A stretch of DNA of 64,000 bases, taken from the IMG/VR virus record IMGVR_UViG_3300031227_016742. The stretch is one strand, 5' to 3'. This document shows, one piece after another, positions 36,950-46,393 of this stretch (the stretch's first letter is position 1; the number at the start of each line of letters is the position of its first letter). The translations under genes and the position numbers were made by a program. Below the pieces are notes generated by a model. That model searched no databases. It was given only the letters and a program-made list of their open reading frames with translations, and was not told the origin of the DNA. The DNA comes from an uncultured virus (IMG/VR IMGVR_UViG_3300031227_016742) (lineage: Duplodnaviria; Heunggongvirae; Uroviricota; Caudoviricetes).

Positions 36950-37366
36950 CTACTTTCGGCGCGTCGGCCGATCCTCGGGTCCCCAAGGGGTCGGTTTGCC
37001 GTCCTCGTCCACCGAGACGAAGGTGAGGGAGGTGACGACGGCCACCTGCTCCTTGCCATCGGAGTGATCATAGTGTTCTCGGGTGGCCACCAAGCAAACC
37101 TTCAGGGAGCTGTTGCCCTCGTGCTCGGTCTTGCAGTACAGCTTCACCGTCCATCCCAGCGGCGCTGGAGTTCGGAAGGTCAGCTTGTCGACCTCGACGG
37201 TCACCATCCGGTCGGTGCGCATGTGGTTGCGAGCGAACATGGCCGCGGCGACGTCGATCCAGGCCATCATCTGGCCACCGAACAGGTTCTTGGTCATGTT
37301 GCAGTCGGGGTACATCACCATGTGCATGCCGCACAGGCTGTAGCCTTTATCGAGCCACACGCTCAT
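36950..37366 (-). CDS. Acyl-CoA thioesterase (hotdog fold, YciA-like)
   Basis: P.D.N...NLFGG.MM.WID.AA; VT..VD...F..P; FVSVD..GKP. Confidence 0.9.
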   Translation of the reverse strand: MSVWLDKGYSLCGMHMVMYPDCNMTKNLFGGQMMAWIDVAAAMFARNHMRTDRMVTVEVDKLTFRTPAPLGWTVKLYCKTEHEGNSSLKVCLVATREHYDHSDGKEQVAVVTSLTFVSVDEDGKPTPWGPEDRPTRRK

Positions 37367-37584
37367 CTCTCACCTCCCTGCTCTGCACCGTTCTCGGTGA
37401 GATAGGCCTCGGGGGTTCCATACTCGACGGCGTCGAGCGCGAACCCGCAAGAACAGCGGTAGTTGAACCAGTCGCCAAGCCAGCCACCCTTGTGGCCAGC
37501 CTGGCGCGGGTCACGACGACGCGTCGGCTTGTTTCCACACGTGGAACAGCGTCCAGCTTTTGCGGTTTTCAGGGGATTTGCCAT
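37363..37584 (-). CDS. Small Zn-ribbon protein
   Basis: 73 aa from MANPLKT; CSTC, CSC. Confidence 0.6.
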   Translation of the reverse strand: MANPLKTAKAGRCSTCGNKPTRRRDPRQAGHKGGWLGDWFNYRCSCGFALDAVEYGTPEAYLTENGAEQGGER

Positions 37585-37595
37585 TCGGTGTAGCC

Positions 37596-38066
37596 TCAGG
37601 AAACACACAGGGCGGCCATCACGATGGACAGGACGGCCAAGGGGAAGAGGTGCCAGACCTGGTCCACCACCATGAAGATCACTGCGTTGCCGGGCTTGCG
37701 GGCCGCGATGGCGAGATGAACCAGCCCAGCTCCACGGTCCCAAGAAATATCTTCGAGCTCGGGGACACGCCTGACCCACTTGGCCCAGGCCCAGACCAGC
37801 ACGTAGCTGTCGCCGAGGCCGTGATGCATGGCCATGAGCAGTGACATCCAGCCGTACTCGACGACGTCTCCACGAAGCACCAACCACGGCGCCATGACAC
37901 CAAAGCCTTGGCCGATGGAGTGTGCGAGCAGCACCGCGTGGTCTCTGCTTTTGGCCATGGCGTTGCGCTCGGTCTGGGTGAGCCAGTCGAGGCAGACGTG
38001 CCAGAAGGTCCAGAGGAAGAACAGGCCTCCGGCCATGGAGAGGACGGTGGTGAGCTCGGTGTTCAT
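37596..38066 (-). CDS. DUF3307-like membrane protein
   Basis: H...DW..QT...A..K; HS; HH..D; DQ.WH; ATG 7 nt after -10. Confidence 0.8.
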   Translation of the reverse strand: MNTELTTVLSMAGGLFFLWTFWHVCLDWLTQTERNAMAKSRDHAVLLAHSIGQGFGVMAPWLVLRGDVVEYGWMSLLMAMHHGLGDSYVLVWAWAKWVRRVPELEDISWDRGAGLVHLAIAARKPGNAVIFMVVDQVWHLFPLAVLSIVMAALCVS

Positions 38067-38073
38067 GCCGAAG

Positions 38074-38102
38074 GGTGTAACCCCCTCCACTCACCGTAGC
38101 AA
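38074..38102 (-). promoter_or_regulatory. Promoter TTGCTA-17-TACACC with degenerate operator (38085-38101)
   Basis: CTCCAC-TCACC-GTAGCA. Confidence 0.65.
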
Positions 38103-38103
38103 G

Positions 38104-38817
38104 CTACTCCTCTCCCGCCATCTTCTCCTCGAGCTCTTCCTTCTGCCAGACCCACGGGCCCTTGCATGTCTCTTTCCTGTCGCATTCGTCACAGAGATAG
38201 TCTCCGGTGCACTTTGGATCGTCGTACAGCTCCACGACCCCGAAGAAGTGCTCGGCGTACATGTCCCTGTCGTTCTTGCAGAACAGGGCTTCGCTCATCA
38301 GATCGAAGTACACATCGTCATCGGGGTGGACCCCTGTCATGACCCGGTGCCTCTCGAGGATGTCGTCCACCGGATCTTCCCATGGATAGTAGGGCAATAG
38401 CTCCAGCCCAGTCTTCGGATCCTCGGGTCTCCCGAGCCTGACCCACGCCTCCACCCTGGCCGATCCGAGCGCGCACGAGGTCCATGTCCAGGTCCACAGC
38501 GGCCACACGACACGGAAGCAGGTACGGGCGACCAGCCACCCGAACACCCCCCAGCGTTGGCGATACCCCAGAGCGAACAGCCACCTGGGCATCGTCTTGT
38601 GGAGCCTGGCCATGTCGATGCTGTTCACACTCCAGTGCTGGGATCCGTTCATCATGTCCAGCACCATCGCCCCGCTCGACGAGCGGGCCCGGAGCGCGAA
38701 CGTTGCCGCCTTGGCCAGAAAGATCACGTTCCTGGCGACATGTCCTGTCTGAATCCAGATCCACAGCCCGACCGGAACCGAGGCGATGTAGACGACCACC
38801 AGCTGGGCTTCAGTCAT
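38104..38817 (-). CDS. Membrane protein with C-terminal Cys cluster (paralogue A)
   Basis: N-terminal TM; CDEC....C.GPW. Confidence 0.75.
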   Translation of the reverse strand: MTEAQLVVVYIASVPVGLWIWIQTGHVARNVIFLAKAATFALRARSSSGAMVLDMMNGSQHWSVNSIDMARLHKTMPRWLFALGYRQRWGVFGWLVARTCFRVVWPLWTWTWTSCALGSARVEAWVRLGRPEDPKTGLELLPYYPWEDPVDDILERHRVMTGVHPDDDVYFDLMSEALFCKNDRDMYAEHFFGVVELYDDPKCTGDYLCDECDRKETCKGPWVWQKEELEEKMAGEE

Positions 38818-39610
38818 CGCGCTCGTCCTTCTCTTCGGCCTCGGCGAGCCTACCTATGGCACCCGACAGATCGAACCCTGGGAGCGTCTCGGCGAACTGC
38901 TCGGGGGTGACCTGCGTGACCGACTCATCGCCGACGACAGTGATCATCCCCGGTTTCAGGTCGTGACCCTCGAGCTTCTTGGCCAACGGAAGATCCCACG
39001 GCCCTTCGCAGTCGGTCCGAGAACAGTCATCACAGTCGGCCTCACCGGAGACCACACAGATCCATGGCTCCACCATCCCACAGTCCTCGAACTCGTAACG
39101 CTGGAACAGCTCGTCGTCCGAGCTCATGCCGGTGGCCAGCTCGAAGTCACCAGCAGGGCTCCCTGTCGGTGTCTCTCCAGGCAGCAGTGGGAGCAACGGG
39201 ACACGGGTCTGCTTACATCGTGGAGAGCCCACCCGCTCCCAGGTGATGACACGCCCGTTGAGCACGGCCGCCTCCTGGTGATCGAGGCCCCACAGCGGCC
39301 AGCAGATCCAGTAGACGTAGGTCTTGGCGTAGGTGGTGATCCACGACTCGCTCTCGTAGCGAAAGTTTCCCCAGCGGTACAGCCAGCCCGGCATGACCTT
39401 GCGCATCTTGACCAGAGCCAAGGAGTGGAACGGCTCGGAGAAACCGCGCTGCATGTCCATCAAGATGCTGTTGCGTCCGTCGTTGACCAGCCGACGCACG
39501 AGGCGGCCGATGAAGACGACCCCGTACAGCTGGCAAAAGACCCAGCCCGAAAATGGCCAGACGACGAGAACCACGACGATCCATGCCAAGACGGTCAGAA
39601 TACTGCCCAT
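38810..39610 (-). CDS. Membrane protein with C-terminal Cys cluster (paralogue B)
   Basis: Shares DM..G, K.MP.WL, W.R.G.P, LLP, CD.C...C.GPW with 38104..38817. Confidence 0.75.
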   Translation of the reverse strand: MGSILTVLAWIVVVLVVWPFSGWVFCQLYGVVFIGRLVRRLVNDGRNSILMDMQRGFSEPFHSLALVKMRKVMPGWLYRWGNFRYESESWITTYAKTYVYWICWPLWGLDHQEAAVLNGRVITWERVGSPRCKQTRVPLLPLLPGETPTGSPAGDFELATGMSSDDELFQRYEFEDCGMVEPWICVVSGEADCDDCSRTDCEGPWDLPLAKKLEGHDLKPGMITVVGDESVTQVTPEQFAETLPGFDLSGAIGRLAEAEEKDERDD

Positions 39611-39625
39611 TCAGGGCTCCAGTGG

Positions 39626-39928
39626 TCAGGATTTCGACCGCAGATCATCGCGGCCGTAGCGCCAGATCATGACACCGCGCTCCGCATCGAAGCCGACCAG
39701 CATATCGTTGATCATCTTCGCGAGCTCTGTAGGAGCGTAGTCACGGCTGGTCCGCAGGCCAATGATGAACTTCATGGTGTCCGCTTCCTCATCCGTGACC
39801 ACCAAGCTCTGCAGCCGGCCGGAGGCTCCCCCGAGGAAGATGCGCCAGCCGCCAGACCGAGTCTCTTCGACCGTGGACTTGGGGCTCTTTCTCTTGAAGG
39901 CCCTCTTGACCTGGGTGGAGCTGAGCAC
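39626..39928 (-). CDS. Hypothetical protein
   Basis: 100 aa, GTG start. Confidence 0.65.
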   Translation of the reverse strand: MLSSTQVKRAFKRKSPKSTVEETRSGGWRIFLGGASGRLQSLVVTDEEADTMKFIIGLRTSRDYAPTELAKMINDMLVGFDAERGVMIWRYGRDDLRSKS

Positions 39929-39930
39929 GG

Positions 39931-40680
39931 CTACCCTTCGGGGTCGGCATCGAGAAGCACGCAGGCCTTGTAGTGGTTCGCCTCATCGAGCCCCTCCTCG
40001 AGCATGGCAATGACCATCCGTTGTCGAAGGTCATCGGGAGCGAGCCTGGCCTTGTCCTTCCAGAACAGGAACGACTCCCGCATGGTCGCCTCGAACGTCT
40101 CCGGATCCATCTTGGTATCGGAGCCGCCCGAAGACCCGAAGTGGTTGTGCATCAGAGTGTCGGGGCTCATGGGCTCGCCCTGCGGACCCATCTTCCCCAA
40201 CAGGGTGACGACCTCCCAGTCGCAGTCGGTGTTCCGGTGGTCTCCCTCGGCCAGCACATCGGCCCGATACAGCACCACACCGACATGGCTGGCAGACTGC
40301 AGCAGAATCGGGGCTTTGTGCCCGGGGCGCAGCATCATGACGTTCTTGCGGGGTGCTTCGTCCACGCCACGCCGCGGAACGAACTCTCCGACCAGCAGAG
40401 AGCCAGCATCCTCAGTGGCTCCCGTGGCCTTGTCGAGAGCGTTCAGGCTGACGATGGGACAGGTGAAGACGCCCTCGGGGACCTCGAGGGTGACCAAGAC
40501 GACACCGTCACGGTAACCAGGAGCTCTGTCGAGCCAGGCTTGCTGGACCTGCTCCAGCAGCCACTCCCAGTGAGGCTCATCGTCGTCGGTGGTGTGCCTG
40601 TACATGGTCCGGCTGGGGTCGAAGACGTTGTTCGCCAGGCAGAAGCTGCCGATGCCGATGGTGGGGACGGGCTGGTTCAT
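39931..40680 (-). CDS. DUF3228-like phage protein
   Basis: PGYRDGVVLV, V.LY..DVL.E, WEVV, PM.P.T...N.F..GG motifs; RBS AAGGA. Confidence 0.6.
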   Translation of the reverse strand: MNQPVPTIGIGSFCLANNVFDPSRTMYRHTTDDDEPHWEWLLEQVQQAWLDRAPGYRDGVVLVTLEVPEGVFTCPIVSLNALDKATGATEDAGSLLVGEFVPRRGVDEAPRKNVMMLRPGHKAPILLQSASHVGVVLYRADVLAEGDHRNTDCDWEVVTLLGKMGPQGEPMSPDTLMHNHFGSSGGSDTKMDPETFEATMRESFLFWKDKARLAPDDLRQRMVIAMLEEGLDEANHYKACVLLDADPEG

Positions 40681-40817
40681 GAATCGTTCCTTTCGTTGCT
40701 CGCGTGTCGGCCAGTGCATGGCCAGAGGGAGTCCACAGAGAAGCTGGCAGAGCCTCGGGACGGTCAGGATGATGGGTCCGTCCTGTGTCGACGCGGTGGC
40801 GCTGCTCGAGCGGACAG

Positions 40818-41354
40818 TCACTCGGAGTCTCTCTCGCTCCGCAGCAGATCGACCAGCTCGCTGAGCTCATCGTCGAGTGAGGGGCTGTGTGTGTCGAGCT
40901 TCATGATCGCCACGCACGCGTACAGGAACCCAATAGCGCTCCCGGTGATGGTCAACGGCCCGATAGGTCTCGAGCTGGAGGCCAGCACGACCGAGGCCTC
41001 GATCCGGCTACCGTCGGAGTCTGGACCGATCCCCATCGCGAAGTTTTCTACCGCTGGTTGTTCCCGGAGATTGTCGCCGGACATCATCACCGTGACACCG
41101 ACACGCTTCGTTGTCGGGTTGTCCCAGAAACGAGCGTGCGAGATCTGCCTCTGGAGAACCATCATCCCGATCTGTACCAACTTCAGGTCAGAACCGGACA
41201 GCTCGCCCTGTTGCAGGTCACAGCCCCTACGGATCAATCCATTCCGGGTCTCTCGCCACAGGCTTCGAGGACTGTCATCGTGGATGGCGTTCCACACCTT
41301 GGACCAATCACCGCGCCCTTCCGCCTCGGCCTTGGCTTCCATGTTTCCACCCAT
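40818..41354 (-). CDS. Hypothetical protein
   Basis: 178 aa, RBS AGGAGGT. Confidence 0.75.
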   Translation of the reverse strand: MGGNMEAKAEAEGRGDWSKVWNAIHDDSPRSLWRETRNGLIRRGCDLQQGELSGSDLKLVQIGMMVLQRQISHARFWDNPTTKRVGVTVMMSGDNLREQPAVENFAMGIGPDSDGSRIEASVVLASSSRPIGPLTITGSAIGFLYACVAIMKLDTHSPSLDDELSELVDLLRSERDSE

Positions 41355-41357
41355 GCT

Positions 41358-41627
41358 CTACCTCCTGCGACGTCCACCGCGGTTCGTCTTGCGGCGGCTC
41401 ATGGCCCGGTCATCGCCCTGGCCTGGCCAGGAGCGCTTCGGGCGCTTGGGTTTCTCTCCGAGAGAGTACTCGGGAAACTCGGGGGACATGGTCAGGTAGT
41501 GGACCGCGCCGACCGGGCAGATGGCCCCATCCGATACTCGGATGGCGTGTGGTCCGTCAGGTGTGGCGTCGACATCACCGACGTCGACCGTGATCACCTG
41601 TGTCCCTTCTGGGGTCTCGTTGGGCAT
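41358..41627 (-). CDS. Hypothetical protein with basic tail
   Basis: 89 aa, RBS CAGGAG. Confidence 0.7.
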   Translation of the reverse strand: MPNETPEGTQVITVDVGDVDATPDGPHAIRVSDGAICPVGAVHYLTMSPEFPEYSLGEKPKRPKRSWPGQGDDRAMSRRKTNRGGRRRR

Positions 41628-41650
41628 GGCTCACTCCTGTCGTATTCGAC

Positions 41651-41679
41651 CTCTTAACCCACGCTACCACCAGTAGCAA
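41651..41679 (-). promoter_or_regulatory. Promoter TTGCTA-17-TAAGAG with operator (41662-41678)
   Basis: CGCTAC-CACCA-GTAGCA. Confidence 0.7.
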
Positions 41680-41729
41680 GGGCTTTGTCACTCTCGGAGT
41701 GTCGGCTTGCGATACTCGTTGTCGCGTTC

Positions 41730-41927
41730 CTATTCGATCTCCTCATCGGCTGCCCAGTTGCTCACACGGTCGGAGGCCGACTCGATGACCTCTCCGTCAT
41801 CGACCAGCTTGCGCATGACGTGAGCGATGACGACGATCCGATCCCTGGGGTGGATTTCCGAGAAGGTATCTTCGTAGTTGGACAACAGCCTGTCGAGATC
41901 CGACAGCAGCTTGATTGCCAAGTCCAT
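41730..41927 (-). CDS. Hypothetical protein
   Basis: 65 aa, RBS AGGAG; frame stays open after TAG to 41688. Confidence 0.65.
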   Translation of the reverse strand: MDLAIKLLSDLDRLLSNYEDTFSEIHPRDRIVVIAHVMRKLVDDGEVIESASDRVSNWAADEEIE

Positions 41928-41930
41928 GGC

Positions 41931-43370
41931 TCACTCCTCTTCGTCTTCGACCAGATCGATCTTCGCGATCGCTACCGCGCCCTGGGGCGGTTGTGGATCG
42001 TTGGGAGGCTGGAACAAGGTCCCGTGACCACCGCAATCCGGGCACATCTCACCCTTCTCGCACTCGACGCACGGGTTTCCATCGATTTGATCACAGAGAT
42101 GGGTGTGCTCATTACACCCATGACCAGAGCAGGTGTGACAGAACCACATGGCCTCACCGTCTTCGTCCAGGCCCTTCCTGGCTTCCTGCAGCGCGCACAG
42201 CGCATGCAGGCGCCTGGCAGCGTCGACGTTGTGGTGGAGGGTGTGCTGCTCGTAACGATGCGCCCAGACGAAGCGGCTGGGGACGATGCGTGCGTCGGTG
42301 CACCACTGCCAACAGAACATGTCGTCCTGTACCCCCGTGCCGTGATGCGGAGCGTCCTCGATGATGACAGCGATGACGACAGGTCCGCCAAAGTCCAGCG
42401 CTGCGTCCAGGTAGGGCGTGAGCCAGCTGCCCTCCGAGAGCCTTTCCCTCAGGATGACACCCGCGGTCTCCTCGTCGGTGCCGTGGTACCACAGCGAAGG
42501 TCCGGCGTGGGCAGGCTCCGGCAGCATGGCCGTCGAGACGGGCATGTAGTGATCGATGGCCCCGTACATCTCGTTCCAGAAAGCCTCTTCGGAGACGTGC
42601 AGCACGTCGTCGTCCTGGTCGTCGTCCTGGTCGTTGTCCTGGTCGTCGTCGATCTCCGGTTCACGGAACAACGAGACGACCTCTCCCTCGCTATCTGGAG
42701 GATCATCGCCCTCCATCGGAGGAGTCGGCGTGTCGTTGTCGGGCAGAGCGTCCAGCAGTGCGCTCATGAGCCCTGCGCGGCCAACAGCCAAGCCGGACCA
42801 GCGCTCCTTGGCTTCGGCGACGAGATCCACGGGATCTCCTGGATCCTTGGACGCCACAGAGCGTGTCTGTGGGTCTGGATCGTCCAGGACCTCCTGCAAG
42901 GCCTCCAGCATCGCCGGAGAGTCCTTGGTGGTCGCCGGGCGCACCAGGCGGCGCCTGCAACCGTCCTGACGACGCTCCTGCTTCTCCCTACGCTCGCCCA
43001 CGAACGACCAGCAGGGGCACGAAGGAGCGCCCTCCTTCACTGTCCCGTCCTCGTTCACCCAGTCCTGCACCCAGCAATGCACAGCGACCATCTGTGACCG
43101 GAGCATGGCACAGCGAGGCACGCCGTCCATCTCGAACGAAAACTCGCAGTCCCTGCAGTCCCTGGCGGAGTTGATCACCGCGTGGATCGTTTCTTTCGAC
43201 AGCCCCGACGGCATCGGCTTGATCGGGTAGTGCACCTCTTCGTAGGCATGCACCTTGTCGCACAGCAGCGCAAACACGTCACCCTCTGGCGTGCCGACCT
43301 CCGCACCCCACAGCCTATTGACCTCAGATAGATTGGCCCTGTACTCTTGCTCGGTCCAGTGCTCGCTCAT
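41931..43370 (-). CDS. Multidomain protein: HigA-like N-terminus, Cys clusters, acidic linker, ADP-ribosyltransferase-like domain, Zn finger
   Basis: EQEY..NL...LWGAEVGTPEGD...L..KV.AYE..HYPI; WYHGT..A..I..E.L..GSWLT...A..FG; CxxCxGxG; RBS CAGGAG. Confidence 0.65.
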   Translation of the reverse strand: MSEHWTEQEYRANLSEVNRLWGAEVGTPEGDVFALLCDKVHAYEEVHYPIKPMPSGLSKETIHAVINSARDCRDCEFSFEMDGVPRCAMLRSQMVAVHCWVQDWVNEDGTVKEGAPSCPCWSFVGERREKQERRQDGCRRRLVRPATTKDSPAMLEALQEVLDDPDPQTRSVASKDPGDPVDLVAEAKERWSGLAVGRAGLMSALLDALPDNDTPTPPMEGDDPPDSEGEVVSLFREPEIDDDQDNDQDDDQDDDVLHVSEEAFWNEMYGAIDHYMPVSTAMLPEPAHAGPSLWYHGTDEETAGVILRERLSEGSWLTPYLDAALDFGGPVVIAVIIEDAPHHGTGVQDDMFCWQWCTDARIVPSRFVWAHRYEQHTLHHNVDAARRLHALCALQEARKGLDEDGEAMWFCHTCSGHGCNEHTHLCDQIDGNPCVECEKGEMCPDCGGHGTLFQPPNDPQPPQGAVAIAKIDLVEDEEE

Positions 43371-44074
43371 GTCTTCTCCTGACCCTGGTTTATCTCGCAG
43401 AGTTCTTTGACCTTGTCGGGATCGTCTGACAGAACCGCATCGCACAGCTCGACGATCTTCCTGGGAAGAGGGAGCCCGTCAGGCTCTCGGAGCAGCTCGA
43501 GCTTCTCACGGACGTTGTATCTGTCGTCCACCCGGTAGACCACCCAGGCTTCTGCCAGCCCGAGCTCGTGCAGGTCGAGGGCCAACAGCCTGGCCTCTCC
43601 GAATCCGTAGCTCCTGCTTGGAGACCACCAGTCGGAGGGCAGGGCGCGTACGGCCCGGTCACAGCCAGCCGTGATGGTCGTCTCCCGCAGGTGCAGCAGC
43701 AGACCGACGGGTCTCGGTCTGTCTTCGAGCGGAACATAGCGGGACGGAACCCCTGAGAGCCAGCGCTCGGGCCACGACTCGGTCACCTCACCGGCGTGCT
43801 CGCAGGGCCACTCGGCGTGGCAGACGGTGCAGACGGTCTTGGGAAAGCTCTGTAGATCCCATGGCTCGTGCTTTACGGTGTCCGCCTCCTGGCACACCAC
43901 CCACGGAGGGGACGCCCCGCCGGCCTCCACATGCATCAGGATCTCGTAGGCCTTGTCTGTCGGAACGGCCCAGACGGCCAGCTGGACAGATCCATGCGGA
44001 ATCAGCTCTAGATCGACAACCTCGCGCACCGCGACACAAGGGGGAGGCCTGGGAGGATGTCTTCTACCAGCCAT
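43367..44074 (-). CDS. Hypothetical protein (start uncertain)
   Basis: ORF with H...CTVC..WPC motif, ATGA overlap at end. Confidence 0.6.
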   Translation of the reverse strand: MAGRRHPPRPPPCVAVREVVDLELIPHGSVQLAVWAVPTDKAYEILMHVEAGGASPPWVVCQEADTVKHEPWDLQSFPKTVCTVCHAEWPCEHAGEVTESWPERWLSGVPSRYVPLEDRPRPVGLLLHLRETTITAGCDRAVRALPSDWWSPSRSYGFGEARLLALDLHELGLAEAWVVYRVDDRYNVREKLELLREPDGLPLPRKIVELCDAVLSDDPDKVKELCEINQGQEKT

Positions 44075-44330
44075 CGGAGTCGTCCTCTTCGTCTTCGCTC
44101 TGGATGAGCCCGAGCTCCCTCAGTCGGGCGTCGACCCGCTGGTCGATGAGGCCATCCAGCAGGCCGGCGAGATCTGTGCGAGCGTCCCGCTCCTGGTCCA
44201 CCTCGTAAGAGAGGTGGTATCCAAGACTTGGGCCGTCGTAGGCGTCGGTCTCTTTCTGGAGCACGGCCTGGGACTTCCGCCACTGGGCGAAGGCCTCGAG
44301 CACGGCCTCGATACGGACGGTGTCAGCCAT
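44064..44330 (-). CDS. Hypothetical protein
   Basis: 88 aa, RBS GGAGG. Confidence 0.75.
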   Translation of the reverse strand: MADTVRIEAVLEAFAQWRKSQAVLQKETDAYDGPSLGYHLSYEVDQERDARTDLAGLLDGLIDQRVDARLRELGLIQSEDEEDDSDGW

Positions 44331-44472
44331 GATGGCCTCCCAGGGCCTGGGTCTTCTTGGCGAGGGCCGCTACGGCGGCGTCCCTGACCCGGGTCTTGAC
44401 CGCGGCCAGCTCCTCGGTGGTCGGAGGCTTGGACGAACCGTTGCGGCTGTCCAGCTCGAGCTCGAGGACCGC

Positions 44473-45402
44473 CTAAGCGATGTCGATGACCTCGTCACGG
44501 CTCAGGACAGGTCCGGAGAGCAACTTTTGGTCATGGACCTCGATGGCAGGAGAAGAATCCACAACGGCAGCCTGCTGGACTTTATTGTCCCAGACCACGT
44601 AGCGGACACGCTCCACCTCGCGGACGACCTCGACCTCTTGGACCACAGCCACCTCTACGGTGTGAACCTGGAGCTGCTCGGCGACCACGACAGGCCGCTG
44701 CTCGCGCACCTCGAGCTCGATGCGCACCGGGGCGAAGCCGGAGTGCACACCGTCTCTGTTGTTGCAGCGCCACTGCCACTTTCCATCGTCCCCCTCGAGC
44801 CGTAGGCCCCAAGAACTGTCTTTGAGGTGTTGCTCGATCTCCTTGGCTACCTCGGATGGCGGCCCAGTGAAGGTCGCGTCCATTTTGCCAAAACGACGAA
44901 GGTTCTGTACCTCCTGGCCGAAGGACCAGCCCGAGGCCTCTGCGTGCATGTACTGGACCCACCTGGGCCCGAGCCAGAGACGGAAAGTGACCTCGACGTG
45001 GCCCTCACCCATGGAGCCCAAATCGGCGTTGACAGACTCCAGGGCACGGCCGATGTCCAGGTCGTAACGACGTGGAGAAAAGTTCCGGACGGGAGCCCAC
45101 TCGTACTCCTCACCCGTAGCGGGACCAGGGAGCTTCACATCGTGGCTCTCCGCGATACGCCGGTACTCGTCCCGCTGCCCGATGAGGCCCTTCTTGACCT
45201 TGTCGAAGTCTCCCAGGTCATCTTCGAGATCACCGTTGAGTCTCTCGAGCCTCTTGTTGTCGAGCGCCAACCGTTTGGTAGCCGAAGAGTTGTAGCCACG
45301 CCTCTTGTTCAGACGACGCTGGATCGCTGCACCGATGACGCCACAGGTGCCACCCATCAGCCAGCTGCCGAGCAAGACCAGGCCGATGGTGATGGGGTCC
45401 AT
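44473..45402 (-). CDS. Membrane-anchored coiled-coil protein; coding-like frame continues past TAG to 44323
   Basis: N-terminal TM MDPITIGLVLL..., RBS AGGAG. Confidence 0.75.
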   Translation of the reverse strand: MDPITIGLVLLGSWLMGGTCGVIGAAIQRRLNKRRGYNSSATKRLALDNKRLERLNGDLEDDLGDFDKVKKGLIGQRDEYRRIAESHDVKLPGPATGEEYEWAPVRNFSPRRYDLDIGRALESVNADLGSMGEGHVEVTFRLWLGPRWVQYMHAEASGWSFGQEVQNLRRFGKMDATFTGPPSEVAKEIEQHLKDSSWGLRLEGDDGKWQWRCNNRDGVHSGFAPVRIELEVREQRPVVVAEQLQVHTVEVAVVQEVEVVREVERVRYVVWDNKVQQAAVVDSSPAIEVHDQKLLSGPVLSRDEVIDIA

Positions 45403-45437
45403 ATCGTCTCTCCTGTCCTTCATTTTTCGTGGGTCAT

Positions 45438-45490
45438 GCCCGAAGGGTGCTGTTGACTGTTGGCTGTTGGCTGTTAGCTGTTAGCTGCGG
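45438..45490 (+). repeat. Heptamer/hairpin element (GCTGTTR x5-6)
   Basis: CCC-GAA-GGG then tract 45449-45490, 3' of stop 45493. Confidence 0.85.
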
Positions 45491-45492
45491 GC

Positions 45493-45993
45493 CTACGGCT
45501 CGCTTGGCTCCGGGATCAGTCGATGGGCGTTGCAGGTCCACAGGCTGGTGAGCTTGGACCAGGCCGGCAGGCTCTCATTGAGCTCGGGAATCAGAAAACA
45601 GAGCTCCATCTGATACGGCAGCTCGTCGGTGGGTACGGTGGGGTCGCCACCTTCCTTCCAGCGCGTCATCACGTGACCGACCACGCAGAAGGGCTCACCG
45701 CCCTTGCTGTCCATGATCAGGTGGTAGTCACCCGCTTCCTTGGGCGGCCCAGCGACCCAGCGTGTGAGCACGAAGCCGTCCTGTCGCTCCAGCTTCCGAG
45801 CAGCGAGCATCAGCTCGGTCTCGGCCACACAGAGGCCCCCGAGGTCCACAGCCACGGAAGATCCGAAGCTCTCCCCTCTCTTCACGTCGGGGATGAGATC
45901 GGTGTCCGTATCGTAGCGCCGAGACCACATGGCCTCTACATGGCGCCTGGCACGGTCGAAGTGGTCGAAGAAGCTGCGCGGTTCATCGGACAT
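45493..45993 (-). CDS. Hypothetical protein
   Basis: 166 aa. Confidence 0.7.
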   Translation of the reverse strand: MSDEPRSFFDHFDRARRHVEAMWSRRYDTDTDLIPDVKRGESFGSSVAVDLGGLCVAETELMLAARKLERQDGFVLTRWVAGPPKEAGDYHLIMDSKGGEPFCVVGHVMTRWKEGGDPTVPTDELPYQMELCFLIPELNESLPAWSKLTSLWTCNAHRLIPEPSEP

Positions 45994-45996
45994 GGT

Positions 45997-46347
45997 TCAC
46001 CCCGCCGCCGGAGACAGCATGTGCTCCGGAAGATCGATCTTGCGACTCTGCACCGCAGGGCAACGCCCGAGGGCCCTGCTCCCTTGCGCGGTCAGCTTTC
46101 GTGGAGACTGGAACGACCACTCCGACTTTGGCTGCGGAACCACGGCCAGCCACCCCAGCCCTTCCATGCGCGTGAGTGTCGCCATGGCCACCGGGTTCTG
46201 CAAGCTGAAGGTCTCGTCATGGCCATCGACGAACCAGTGCCCGCTGGTCCCGTAGTGGACACGGCCGTTGCCGTGCACCAGCAGGCGCAGGACCTTCTCC
46301 TGAGCGGGTGTGGGCTTGGGCCCAGGGTCTGTGTTGCGCTTGGCCAT
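45997..46347 (-). CDS. Hypothetical protein, possible winged helix
   Basis: 116 aa from MAKRNTD; TPAQEKVL...L...GW....LT..G..AL. Confidence 0.65.
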   Translation of the reverse strand: MAKRNTDPGPKPTPAQEKVLRLLVHGNGRVHYGTSGHWFVDGHDETFSLQNPVAMATLTRMEGLGWLAVVPQPKSEWSFQSPRKLTAQGSRALGRCPAVQSRKIDLPEHMLSPAAG

Positions 46348-46358
46348 GCTATCTCCGG

Positions 46359-46393
46359 GTCGATGGTCGATGGTCGAAAGTCGAAAGTCGACT
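46359..46393 (+). repeat. Heptamer element (GTCGAWR x4-5)
   Basis: GTCGATG x2, GTCGAAA x2, GTCGACT touching stop 46392. Confidence 0.85.
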
